Below, one piece after another: positions 24,745 through 36,401 of a stretch of 64,000 nt of DNA. The stretch covers positions 44,454,001-44,518,000 of the forward strand of contig OZ024740.1 in assembly GCA_964016885.1 (NCBI GenBank). The letters are read 5' to 3'. Source of the stretch: Eledone cirrhosa. Its lineage: Eukaryota. Position 1 is the stretch's first letter. Every line of letters begins with the position of its first letter. Position numbers and translations under genes: made by a program. A model generated the notes under the pieces. That model saw only the letters and a program-made list of their open reading frames with translations. It had not been told where the DNA came from and did no database searches.

Positions 24745-27096
24745 CATATAAAAACAATAACAACATGCAATACATATGATGGGCTTGAGTACAGCTTATA
24801 TCTACCAAATGCATTGGTCAGCCCAAGGCTATTGTAAAGGAATACAGTTGAATAAAACCCTAAACTCTGTGGTTATGATGTGAAATTCTTAAACACTAAC
24901 TTTTGAATAAAACAATCTTTTTCTAGACTTTCTTGTCTCTGTAACCTCAATTTTTAGCACTCAATATGTAATGAATCACATTTTTGTGAAGCAAATGATA
25001 CAAAATCACAATGGCATATTTGATTTTATGACTTATTTCATAAATATGATAATTATATTTATCATTATTTTTGATGGTATGGGTACACTAATAACATAAA
25101 CCAAAGTTGAACAAAGTATTATCATATAATTTAAATGTTTATGCTCTTCCTATTGTGTGAGTTTGCATGTTTTGTATTTTCTAATTTTACATTTATCCTT
25201 TATTTTATTTGTTATGAACAGTCCAACAAGTTGCTGCTGCTGTTGTTGTTTAGCCCCAGGTCAGCTATATCTGAGCAGACTTATTATTAAAGGTATTCAT
25301 GAAGTGATGACAGTCTTGTCACCTACAATAGTAAAATTACACTATCATTGTATATATGAAGTATATCACTTCCCCTTCTTCTTAGACATTAACGGAGCAC
25401 AAGAACCTTCACAATTGCCTCAAATGTGATGTCTCAACATCACTAAGAATCCTTCTTGTTGAATGTACACCCTCAACATAGCAAAGACTGCATTTTAAAG
25501 ACTGAGTCTCCTCAGAGCCAAAAAAATACTTTAGCTCCTAACAATTACTAACCTTCAGCCTAGCTCAGGTAATAATCACAATGGATTACTGCTTCAAAAT
25601 TTGGACAGTGCTGCTACACACACAGACATCCTTGGCTACATCTAAAGAAAGGCCACCCATCATAGGTGCTCCTGACTCACTCATCTCTTCACCTTGCATT
25701 ATCCACATTATTCCTTATAATGTCAGTCCTCTAGGCAGACTTATGATCAAGCTAGGATCATCTCACCTTGTCATTTTTACATTTCTTACTACATCATTTG
25801 ATGTGATCTTTTAAAAAAAAAACAGTGTTGTGTAATTTAAGGGAATTTGGTTGCTAGTAATCAGATAGAAGCTTCCTCGTAGTGTCATGCAGTAAGGATA
25901 TTTAATCACTTTCCATAACTAGCTTCAATGTGAAAAACTATAGAAATATTTAATGAATAGAATAAGGAATCTGCTTTTGGTCGTCTTACCAACCATTTTG
26001 AAATGTAATACTAAATGAGGAGCACTTGGTTTTTTAAGTACATTCATATCACATGTAACATGTATACACCCTATCCCATCCAATTTCTGTTTGAAGTATT
26101 TGGAATAAATTTTCAAGTCATAATCTATCCACAGACATTTTATGTATTTCAATGTTTTGGGTTTTATAATTTCCTGGTAAAAATATCTATTAACATTCTA
26201 CACTTTAGTTTAAGAAATTAAAACCACTGAAGGGGTGTTATTTAATTTGATAAAAATCTTTCTTTAGGAAACATTTTTTTTTCCTTTTATAAAGTTATCC
26301 CTCAATTAATGGTTTCACACCATATTCTTTTTAATATCAAAGTTCCTGAAACCCTCATTGTTTCTATGATACAAAACTGTTTATTTTAAAATGTTTATAT
26401 TTATCTGGAAAAACTCTCATTACAATTTTATGTAAAAATTTTAATTAAGTTGTGTTTCAAGCACCACATTAATGAGAAAATTAGTTATATTTCTAAATAT
26501 CTCAAAATTCTTGATTATGTTCAAACTGATTTTAAAATAACAAGTAGCATCTTTATTAGAAATATAGCTAAAGGAAGAGGTAATTTTTCAAACCTGCTTG
26601 CCTAATTATCAAAAGGTAATTATCAGAATAATTTGAGCAATAATTATGGTGGTGTACATATAATTATTTCTATAAGCTTTATTTTAGGTTATATATTTTC
26701 CACACTAGCATGTGTAGGATGTTTCTGTCAATTTAAATATTTGCTTCATAAGGAGTGTTTAAGCAAAGAATTGCTACAGCAGGATGGTTAAAAAGTTCAC
26801 TTTGCAATCATGGTTTTGGGTTCAATCACAAAACATGGCACATTGGCTATGTGTCTTTACCATAATCTCAGGCTAACATCAGCCTTGTAAATATAATTTG
26901 GTAAATGACAATTGTGTGGAAGTTTGTCAAATGGATAGTGGCTGCAATTCAAAGTTTCAGCCTTGTCATATATTGTGTGATGTTGATTCTGTCTGAGAAT
27001 TATGTTAAAGTTAGGAATTTGCTTTACAACCATGAGGTTTCAGATTCAGTCCCATTGTAATGGAAACTGTGTGGAAGCTAATTATATATATATATA

Positions 27097-27231
27097 TAAT
27101 GTGTATAATATGTATAATGTATATAATATGTATAATGTATATAATATGTATATAATATGTATAAATATGTATATAATATGTATAATGTATATAATATGTA
27201 TAATGTATATAATATTTATAATGTATATAAT
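27097..27231. repeat. 18-bp minisatellite (ataatgtatataatatgt), left half
   Basis: The same unit continues at 30645-30724 on the other side of the RTE family 2 insertion. Confidence 0.9.
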
Positions 27232-30200
27232 ATCATCATCATCATCATCATCACCGTTTTACGTCCGTTCTTCCAAGCTAGCATGGGTTAGACGGGTTGT
27301 CCTGTTGTGTTCAGTGTCTGGTCGGCTGACCATGCCTTGCTCATACAGGAACTAATTTGGCTTGATTTCTACAGCTGGATGCCCTTCCTAACACCAACCT
27401 CATTTACAGTGAGTGCTGGGTGCTTTTTCGTGGTGCCTACACGTCCACTTTACAGTGTGGGCTGGGTGCTTTTTTGCCGTGGCACCTCCACGACCACCTT
27501 GCGGTGGGGGGTATGGGGGCATATTGTTTATATGCTTCAGCATGTACCCATGGGAGGTCGGGTACTCTGTATTACTGCGTGACGCCAGAAGTCACGGTCG
27601 TGTGTCATTGTCTTTGAGAGGTGTAATTGGGTAAGGTCGGCTTTTATCACCTCATCCCAGGTCATCTTGGGTCTCCCCACTCCGCGGTTTCCATCAACTT
27701 CTAGTGCTCTGCACCTTTTTATGCAGCTGTCATCCTTCATACGCATCACATGTCCATACCAGCGCAACCGCCTCTCCTGCACACAGCATTTGATTCCTCT
27801 TATGCTCAGTCTCTCTCTCAATTCATTTATGCTTTGTCGTTCACGTATATTACTGTTACACATCCATCGGAGCATGCAGGCTTCGTTTCTCTTTAATCTA
27901 CGTAAGTCTTCCACCTTCAGCGCCCAGGTCTCACTACCATGCAACATAGCTGTTCGGATACACGCATCATACAGTCTGCCTTTCATTCTGAGGGAGAAGC
28001 CTTTTGCAGCTAGCAGTGGTAGTAGTTCCCTAAACTTCTTCCATCCCGTTCTTACCCTAGTTATTGTACTTTCTGAACACCCACCTCCGTTGCTAATTCC
28101 GTCACCTAGGTAGCAGAAGCTGTCTACTGTTTCTACAGGGCCCTCCCAGAGATTGGTGGTACTTGTTTCCTGTGGCTGTTTGCTGCTTGCTGTTTCAGCA
28201 CAGCTGCTGCATGTGAATCCTACATTCTTAATTAAGCTTCCTGAGATCCCACTACATCTCTTGTGTACCCATTGTTTGCATTTGGAGCAGAGAATGGAGT
28301 TCCTACCTACACCTTTCCTACATACTGAGCAAGGCCATTTCCCTGAGGGGATCTGGGTTCTGTTTTCTCGTCTACTTACAAGGACCTTAGTCTCTGTCAT
28401 GTTGACTTTGAGGCCCTTTCTCTCTAGTCCCTGCTTCCAGGTTTGGAATTTATTCTCTAGTTCTACCATAGATTCAGCTATGAGTGTGAGGTCATCAGCA
28501 TACAGGAGTTCCCATGGGCATCCGGTCTTAAACTCCTCCGTTATTGCCTGCAGGACTATGATGAACAGGAGATGGCTAAGAACAGAGCCCTGGTGGACCC
28601 CAACCTGTACGCTAAATTCCTCGTTATACTCATTACTAATCCTAACTTTGCTGACTGCTCCCCTATACATGGCTTGTACCGCTTTCACAAGCCATTCATC
28701 TACTCCTAGTTTTCTAAGAGCCCACCAGATTACAGCACGTGGAACTCTGTCAAAGGCTTTCTCAAGGTCGACAAATGCCAAGGAGAGTGGCTTACTTTTA
28801 GCTAGGTACTTTTCCTGTAATTGCCTCACAAGGAAGAGGGCATCAGTGGTGCCTCTTCCTGGTACAAACCCAAATTGCATCTCGTCTATATTCACCCGGT
28901 CCCTAATCAGCTGTGCTATAACTCTTTCTGTTACTTTCATGACCTGGTCCATCAACTTTATACCTCTATAGTTTCCTCTATCTAGTGCATCGCCTTTACC
29001 TTTGTAGCAGTTGACAATGATGCTACTGCACCAATCTTTTGGTATGGCCCCTTCTAGTATTACCTGGTTAACGATACGTGTGGTTATAGTGTGACCTACA
29101 GACCCAGATGCCTTCAGCATCTCGGCAGCTATACCCGATGGACCGGTTGCCTTCCCATCTTCATATCTTTGATTGCCTTACTTACTACGCTGCTGCTGAC
29201 TTGTACTGCTGGTCCCTCTATAGGGTCAACTTGGGGTAGGGTCTCTTCTTCCCATGCATTCTCCTCATTTAGTAATCTATCATAATGACTCTTCCATGCA
29301 TCTTTCTTCTCAGCACTTGTGAGGGCAAGCTCACCTTTATCATTCCGGATACACTTCTCTCCAATGACATCGCAACTATCTCTGACACACTGCCTCGCAA
29401 TCTTGAATACCTCCTGTTTCTGGTCCCCACGTTGTAAAACATGCTTGAATTTTCTATCCTCTGCTTCCCTCCTAGCTAAGTATACTTGTCGCCTAGCTTC
29501 CCTCTTGGTCTCTATGTAATGTACCCTGCTCCCCCCGTTCTTCCATTCTTTCCATGCCTGTCTCTTGGCCTTAACTGCTTCATCTACCTTATTATTCCAC
29601 CACCAAGTCACTCTCCTCCTGCTTGAGGTCCTACTCCAGCCACAGACCTCATCCGTCGCCTCTAGTAAATTATTTTTTAGGAACTCCCAGTTCTCTTCTA
29701 CGTTAAATGTCTCTATCTGTTCTTCTTTACTGTCGTAGGCGTTGAGTAAAATATCTTTAAATCTGTTACTGGTTGAGGGGACTTTCAGCTTCCAGATCTT
29801 TCTTCTCCAGGTTGGCCTCTGTTTCCGGGTTTGTCTAGTTCTGACCGTGAGGTCGCTGACAACTAAGCTATGTTGGGATGTACATTCCTCACTAGGGAAG
29901 GCTTTTGTGTTTACGACCGTCCATCTGTCACGTCCTCTGATGAGGATAAAATCTAACTGACTAGAGTGCTCCCCTGATCTATAGGTGATCAGGTGGTTGT
30001 CGGGTTTTTTAAAGTTTGTGTTACATATCGACATGTCATTGGCGTCGCAGAATTCTAGAAGTCTGAATCCTTCCTCATTCCTTGTGCCAACTCCAGGGCC
30101 TCCATGTACTCTATTGAAGCCGTCGCAGTGTTTACCTACGTGTCCGTTAAAATCTCCTGCGATGATTAGGAAGTCCTTGTCGTCTGTTAGAGCAGTAGTG

Positions 30201-30643
30201 TGTATTAGGGACTCATAAAACCTATCCTTAAGTTCGTCTGGCAGCCCCGATTGGGGTGCGTAAGCTGATATTATTGTGGTAATTGTCTTATTCAGGACTA
30301 GTCTGAGTTTAAGGATTCTTGCATTTACCCTGTACACTGAGATTACTTTATCTACCCACTTGTCAGCTAATAGTATACCTACACCACCCATCCCATCGTC
30401 ATTTCCCACCCAGAAAAATTTGTAGCACTGGCTTTTTCCTACAAGGACTCTAGCAGACTCTCCTCTCCATCTAGTCTCTTGCACACAGCATACATCAACT
30501 TCCTTTCGCTCTAGCATTTCTACGATTTCTCCTGCTCTTCCTTTCATTGAGCCTACATTGATGGTACCAACTCGGAGTTTTGGGCATTTGTCGACACTCG
30601 TAGGGGAGGGTCTCTGGGTTGGCGCTTCACGTGGGTGCTTGGT
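27231..30643 (-). mobile_element. Near-complete RTE LINE (family 2) with one frameshift
   Basis: ORFs 30547-29129 (APE) and 29120-27537 (RT, YADD, PHD-like finger) are separated by a 1-nt deletion at about 29155. 3' UTR and (GAT)n tail are present; the 5' end is truncated just upstream of GTINVGS. Confidence 0.95.
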
Positions 30644-30644
30644 A

Positions 30645-30724
30645 TGTATAATGTATGTATAATATGTATAATGTATATAATATGTATAATGTATATAATA
30701 TGTATAATGTATATAATATGTATA
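30645..30724. repeat. 18-bp minisatellite, right half
   Basis: Merges via ATGTATAA into the 5' end of the RTE copy at 30718. Confidence 0.9.
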
Positions 30725-31843
30725 AAGAAACAGTCAGCAAGGTTAGAATTAACAACGAATATAGTGAAGAGTTTAGCGTAAAAGTTGGTGTTCATCAGGG
30801 CTCCGTCCTTAGCCCCCTACTATTTATTATTGCCCTTCAGGCTATAACAGAGGAGTTCAATACCGGCTGCCCATGGGAACTCCTATACGCAGATGATCTA
30901 ACGCTCATAGCTGAATCAATGGCTGAACTAGAGAAGAAATTCCAAACATGGAAGCATGGCCTAGAATCAAAAGGCCTTAAAGTTAACTTGTCTAAGACTA
31001 AAGTTCTAGTTTGTAGGAAGGAAAATAGGGCACCGGTCCCATCCGGGAAATGGCCATGCTCAGTGTGTAGGAAAGGAGTAAGTAGAAACTCCATTTTATG
31101 TCCCAAATGCAAAGTATGGGTACATAAAAGATGTAGTGGGATCACAGGTAAGCTAACTAAGAACATAGATTTTATATGTGGCCGGTGCTCTGGTGCAATA
31201 AGTAGCAGCAAGTGCCCACAGAATACTAGCTCATTCCATTGCACAGATGGTTCTATAGAAATAGTGGACACCTTCTGTTACCTGGGTGACAAAATCAGCA
31301 GTGGTGGAGGGTGCTCTGAAAGTACAGTAGCTAGAGTCAGAACTGGATGGAAAAAGTTCAGAGAGCTTATACCACTATTGGCCGCTAACGGGTTCTCTCT
31401 AAAAATGAAAGGCAGGCTGTATGATGCCTGCATACGAACAGCAATGTTACATGGCAGTGAGACCTGGGCATTGTGTGCAAAGGATATACGCAGACTGGAG
31501 AGAAATGAAGCTTGCATGCTCCGCTGGATGTGTAATAGTAATATACGTGAACGGCAAAGCATAAACAAACTAAGGGAGAAATTAGAAATAAGAGGGATCA
31601 GATGTTGTTTACTCGAGAGAAGAGTACGTTGGTATGGTCACGTGATGTGCATGAAAGACGACAGCTGTATAAAAAAGTGCAGGGCAATAAAAATAGACGG
31701 TAGCCACGGAGTAGGCAGACCCAGAAAAACCTGGGACGACTTGATAAATTCCGACCTCACACACTTACACCTCTCCAAGACAATGTCACTGGACCGAGAT
31801 CTTTGGCGCTACACAGTAATACAGAAGACCCGATGATGATGAT
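30718..31843 (+). mobile_element. 5'-truncated RTE family 1-related copy lacking its 3' UTR
   Basis: Colinear with 8887-10001 (YADD, PHD-like finger). The ORF runs directly into (GAT)n. Confidence 0.93.
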
Positions 31844-31876
31844 ATATATATATATATTTATTAAAATAACAGATTA

Positions 31877-31929
31877 AAGTTTAAGCAAAGAATCGCTGCT
31901 TTCACCCTTAACGGGATCTTCTGAAACTT
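31877..31929 (-). ncRNA. Degenerate hammerhead ribozyme motif (core CAGAAGA)
   Basis: AAGUUU-CAGAAGA-U-CCC(guuaa)GGG-U-GAAA-GCA...UGC-UU-AAACUU. All three stems are intact, with a U4-to-A core change. Confidence 0.6.
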
Positions 31930-31983
31930 ATCATTATTACTATTATTATTATTATTACTATATATATATATAATATATATATG

Positions 31984-32017
<34 letters not shown>

Positions 32018-32030
32018 TTGAGAGAGAGAG

Positions 32031-32215
32031 ATAGGAAAAAGTATGACCCCGATGGCAGAGCTCAAGCCATTTCGACGGCTATTTCTGGACGCGAAATAGC
32101 CGTCGAAACAGCTTGAGCTCTGCTGTCGGGGTCATACTTTTTCCTATTTCCCACTCTACTACCCTAAGTATTGAGTACTCTGGTGCATTTGGTTCCTTAC
32201 CACAATTCCTTTGTT
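32031..32215. mobile_element. Hairpin (55-bp arms, 7-nt loop) plus conserved tail
   Basis: Arms 32031-32085 and 32093-32147. The tail cactctactaccctaagtattgagt recurs at about 24089 and, reversed, at about 35055-35090. Confidence 0.8.
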
Positions 32216-32279
32216 ATATATATATATATAAATGGAAAAGAATGAAACGAAATTTCATTTCTCACTCTTAGTATGGCTG

Positions 32280-32511
32280 ATCATCATCAATTCATCATCA
32301 TTTCATTTTACGTCCACTTTTTCCCTGCTTGCAAGGGTGGGACGGGAACTGATTCTGGCTTGATTTCTACAGCTGGATGCCCTTCCTAACACCAACCTCA
32401 TTTACAGTGAGTGCTGGGTGCTTTTTTGCCGTGGCACCTCCACGACCACTTTGCAGTGGAATGATATGGACCCCAGTCCCTATCATCTCATTTCTACAGC
32501 TGAGTAAACTG
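32280..32511 (-). mobile_element. SINE family A, 5'-truncated
   Basis: Reverse complement of 3538-3760. Confidence 0.85.
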
Positions 32512-32560
<49 letters not shown>

Positions 32561-32761
32561 AGTATGAGTGTGGGTGTGTGTATGTGAGTGTGTATGTGTG
32601 TGTGTCAGTTTATATTCCTTAACTTGGCAGTTTGACAAAAGAGGTCAATAAAATAAGCAACAAGCTGAAAAAAATGTGCAAGGGTTGATATGACCAACTT
32701 AATTCCTTCAAAGCAATGACCTTGGTTGAGTTCAATATAATAATGTAATAATTAAACTTAC

Positions 32762-33022
32762 CTTTACAGGTGAGCATGTCATGATAGGGTCTATTGATAT
32801 CTGAGAGGTCTTCCTCATAATTGATAGTTATACTATTAAGTGTAGTCTGGGCGTCAAACAGACTATCAAGGCTTTCTTCTGAGGCAAGCATGGTTCTGGT
32901 GTCTGAATAACTTACTTCACTTGTTGTACTTTCAGGTGTTTCTCTGCAAATCAATTCTCGTCTTCTCTTTATTCCTTCAATACCAACTACTGCACATAGT
33001 TCATCAAGAGGAGTTGATTTAC
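32762..33022 (-). CDS. Exon of FN3-repeat muscle-type gene (Ser/acidic linker, GKSTPLDELC...DMLTCK)
   Basis: Minus strand: tcttgtag acceptor and gtaagt donor, 261 bp, open in phase 1-1. Its terminal G plus the TT of the next exon makes Val of VPPRMP. Confidence 0.75.
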
Positions 33023-33764
33023 CTACAAGAAAATAGATATTGTTGCAGTTAAGACCAGACAATGTAATTATGATGAAGAATAACTAACCAACCTATCAAT
33101 CAAAATCCACAAAAAGATGATTAAACTTTATCTTACCATATTTCTAATAAGAGACACTGAAAACAACATTAACAACAAGCATGTTAAGGTTTCATGACAA
33201 ACTTCTCCATTTTGCTCTATCAAGGAAACCCCCTCATCAACTCTCTAGTTTTCATTTCCTTCTCCATCATCGTTAGCCATGTCTTTTTTATATCTTTCCC
33301 TTCTTTCATTCCCTTCCACATTTATTTCTATCACTCTTCTCACCCAGTCACTTTTATATGTCCTCAACACATGATCCAACCATCTCATTCGATTTCTCTT
33401 CACAACATCCATCACTGAATCTATTCCTCTCATCCAGTTACTTTCATCTTTCCTCAACACATGATCCAACCATCTCATTCCATCTCTCTTCACAATATTC
33501 ATTGTTTGTCTTCCTCTCTCTGACTGATACCCTGCTCATCTACTTTCATTCCCATTCTTTCTAGACTTCCTGCCATTGATTTTCAAATTTCTAGTTCTTT
33601 ATGTTCGGAATTTGAATCCCACTGAGGTCAACTTTGTCATTCATCCCTCCAGGACTGATGAAATGGTGTTAATATAATTGATTTTCCCCTCTCTAAAATT
33701 GTGCTTAAATCAGGAACCATTATTGATATTATATATCCCGTATGAGCCCAAGCTAAATTTATGA

Positions 33765-33957
33765 GGGCGGTGGATTGGCAGTATCGGTAGAGGGTTGGGC
33801 GCCATGCTTTGCAGCAAAGAGTTACGGCCCTTTATGGTCTGAGTTCAAATCCCGCCGAGGTTAACTTTGCCTTTCATCCTTATGGGATCGATAAAATAAA
33901 GTATCAGTAATGCACTGGATAATTGCTGGCCTTGTGCCAAAAGTAGAAATAATTATT
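33765..33957 (+). mobile_element. SINE family B inserted at the tail of an older SINE
   Basis: TSD attattgatattatat; about 29 extra bp lie between the left TSD and the SINE head. Confidence 0.85.
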
Positions 33958-34108
33958 GATATTATATTCAAGAGTGGTACAGGTAACCAAAACAGTAATG
34001 CTTTATAGTATCTTCTTTTGTGCTTCATTTTTCTGTGTTTTAATTCCCATCATCGTTATCTCCTCAGACCAATAAAACAAGAACCAACAAAAACCTGGCT
34101 CATTTACT

Positions 34109-34455
34109 TTAATCCCTTCATTACCATATTTCTAATTTAAAAATTACTGCCCATCATTTTAAAATCATTTTGGATATAATTAAACATTTAGATGGATTTA
34201 GTAGTATAATTAACTTTCTCATTATTTGTCTAGTATCTGGAAGATAATGTAACAAAAGTTCTTACATAAAATTATGTTGGAAGGTTTTTGATAACTATAA
34301 ACTTTCTCATTATTTAGCTAGTGTTTGAAACATAACAAAGATTATTATGTAAAATAACAATGGAAGATTTTAGATTAACATAAATACTTTAAAACAAATA
34401 ATTTTGTGTTGTTGAACAAAAGCAGTTTTAGGTGGTTTGGTATCAAGAGGACTAA
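34109..34455. mobile_element. Representative of an old ~350-bp TTAA-CCCTT-ended MITE-like family (related degenerate copies near 12.2-12.7k, 14.3k, 26.3-26.6k, 37.6k, 42.5k, 50.7-51.1k, 56.9-57.4k, 63.7-63.9k)
   Basis: Recurrent ends ttaaccctt..ttaccatatt / ggtttggtatcaaaaggg and shared internal AT-rich motifs; heavily diverged. Confidence 0.5.
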
Positions 34456-34542
34456 CACATTAAGAGAGAGGAAATTAGATATATACGTAGATTAATATGC
34501 AGAAATATATAATATATTATTATTCTATTATTATTTTGTTTA

Positions 34543-34738
34543 AGGGCGGTGGATTGGCAGTATCGGTAGAGGGTCGGACGCCATGCTTTGCAGCACAGTT
34601 ACGTCCCTTTACGGAGGACTGAGTTCAAATCCCGCCGAGGTTAACTTTGCCTTTCATCCTTATAGGGTCGATAAAATAAAGTACCAGTAATACACTGGCA
34701 TAATTGCTGGCCTTGTGCCAAAAGTAGAAACAATTATT
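34543..34738 (+). mobile_element. SINE family B
   Basis: Consensus match; TSD attattttgtttaa. Confidence 0.88.
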
Positions 34739-35102
34739 TTGTTTAATATATTAAGAACTGGTTGAAAATAGAGAAATAGCCTATTATATATTTCTAAACA
34801 CTTCCCTGTGTGTATATCCAAATATATATTAATAAAATTATAATTATAAACCCAACCTCTTTGCTGTTATTTGTGAGGATAGTCATTTCATGTGATGATT
34901 AGTTCTGATTATTTATAACTAGGTTATTACCATTACTACACTAACAGTAAATCACAAACACACACAAACAAGCCCCAAAATATCTATATGTATTCTAAAT
35001 ATATATATATATATAACAAAGAGGGTGTGGTAAGATACCAGGTGGACCATAACGCACCAGAGTACTCAATACTTAGGGTAGTAGAGTGGGTGATAGTCTT
35101 TT

Positions 35103-35139
<37 letters not shown>

Positions 35140-35236
35140 CACATTATGAAGAGAGGAGAAATATTAGATATAATTAGTAATAAGATATATCATACCTAGC
35201 TGGTTCTTCAGTCCCCGACTACGTAGTTTCGTGGCA

Positions 35237-35623
35237 TTTTTTTTTTTTTCTTTTTTACGTCCGCTTTTCCCTGCTTGCAAGGGTGGGAGGGGAACTGATT
35301 CTGGCTTGATTTATACAGCTGGATGCCCTTCCTAACACCAACCTCATTTACAGTGAGTGCTGGGTGCTTTTTTCCGTGGCGCCTACACGTCCACTTTACA
35401 GTGTGGGCTAGGTGCTTTTTTGCCGTGGCACCTCCACGACCACTTTGCAGTGGAATGATAGGGACCACAGTCCTTATCATCTCATTTCTACAGCTGAGTA
35501 AACTGGAGCAATGTGAAATAAAGTGTCTTGCTCAAGGAAGCAACACATCACCCGGTCTGAGAATTGAACTCACAGCCTTTCGATTGCAAGGCCAATGCTC
35601 TAACCACTAAGCCATGTGCCTCC
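35237..35623 (-). mobile_element. SINE family A, full copy
   Basis: Reverse complement of 3420-3745 with one extra internal repeat unit and an A-rich tail. Confidence 0.88.
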
Positions 35624-35954
35624 ATATTATGCAAAAACACTAGATCATAGAGATATAGAGTTCTTGTGAGGTTCTACCGACTTATCAAGGGGATACCTCA
35701 TTAAGGATTTCAAAACACGTCTGCAATGCGCGAGATAGAATCTCGAAAGGGCGGAGGGAGAGTCAGTCACGTGATACAGCAGTCAAGAAACAGAGCTAAG
35801 CCCCTTATAACCCTGAAAAAAATACCATGGAGGCGGAGGGGGTATTCATATCAAAGCCGTAGAAGAGGTGGTTTGAGGAGGCGAGAAGTATGAGTAATGG
35901 TAGCTATCCAGCAGTCACTACACTTCAAAGGATACTCGACCAAAGGAGTTATAA

Positions 35955-36122
35955 ACAATATATAGAGAGAAACACACCGATACATGCGGACACATGCATA
36001 TACATGAATATATCCACACATATCCCTGTGTTAGTGGTGCCACTAACACAGGGATATGTGTGGATATATTCATGTATATGTATGTGTCCGCATGTATCGG
36101 TGTGTTTCTCTCTTTATATTGT
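35955..36122. repeat. Near-perfect palindrome, 83-bp arms, 2-nt loop
   Basis: Centre ...ccctgtgttagtgg tg ccactaacacaggg..., with about 2 mismatches. Confidence 0.92.
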
Positions 36123-36352
36123 ATATATATATATATATTCATATAAGTGTGACGACAAATGTCATGGTCTTTTTTTGAAGTTTGTGTTGTATTGTCTATA
36201 TGTTGACATACAGAAACAAACACACACACACTTCTTTCCACAGGTATTGACAGACTTGTATTTCAAATTCCTGCATTTTCAATCAAAACTCATTAGTTAC
36301 TCTGGCAACAACAGTCTCTACCTATCTATCTTTCATTCACACACACATACCC

Positions 36353-36401
<49 letters not shown>

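Noticed and set aside
33190-33560. Repeated RWLDHVLR peptide
   Set aside because: Decayed, locally duplicated RTE C-terminal fragment (related copies at about 60-115 and 53720-54090).
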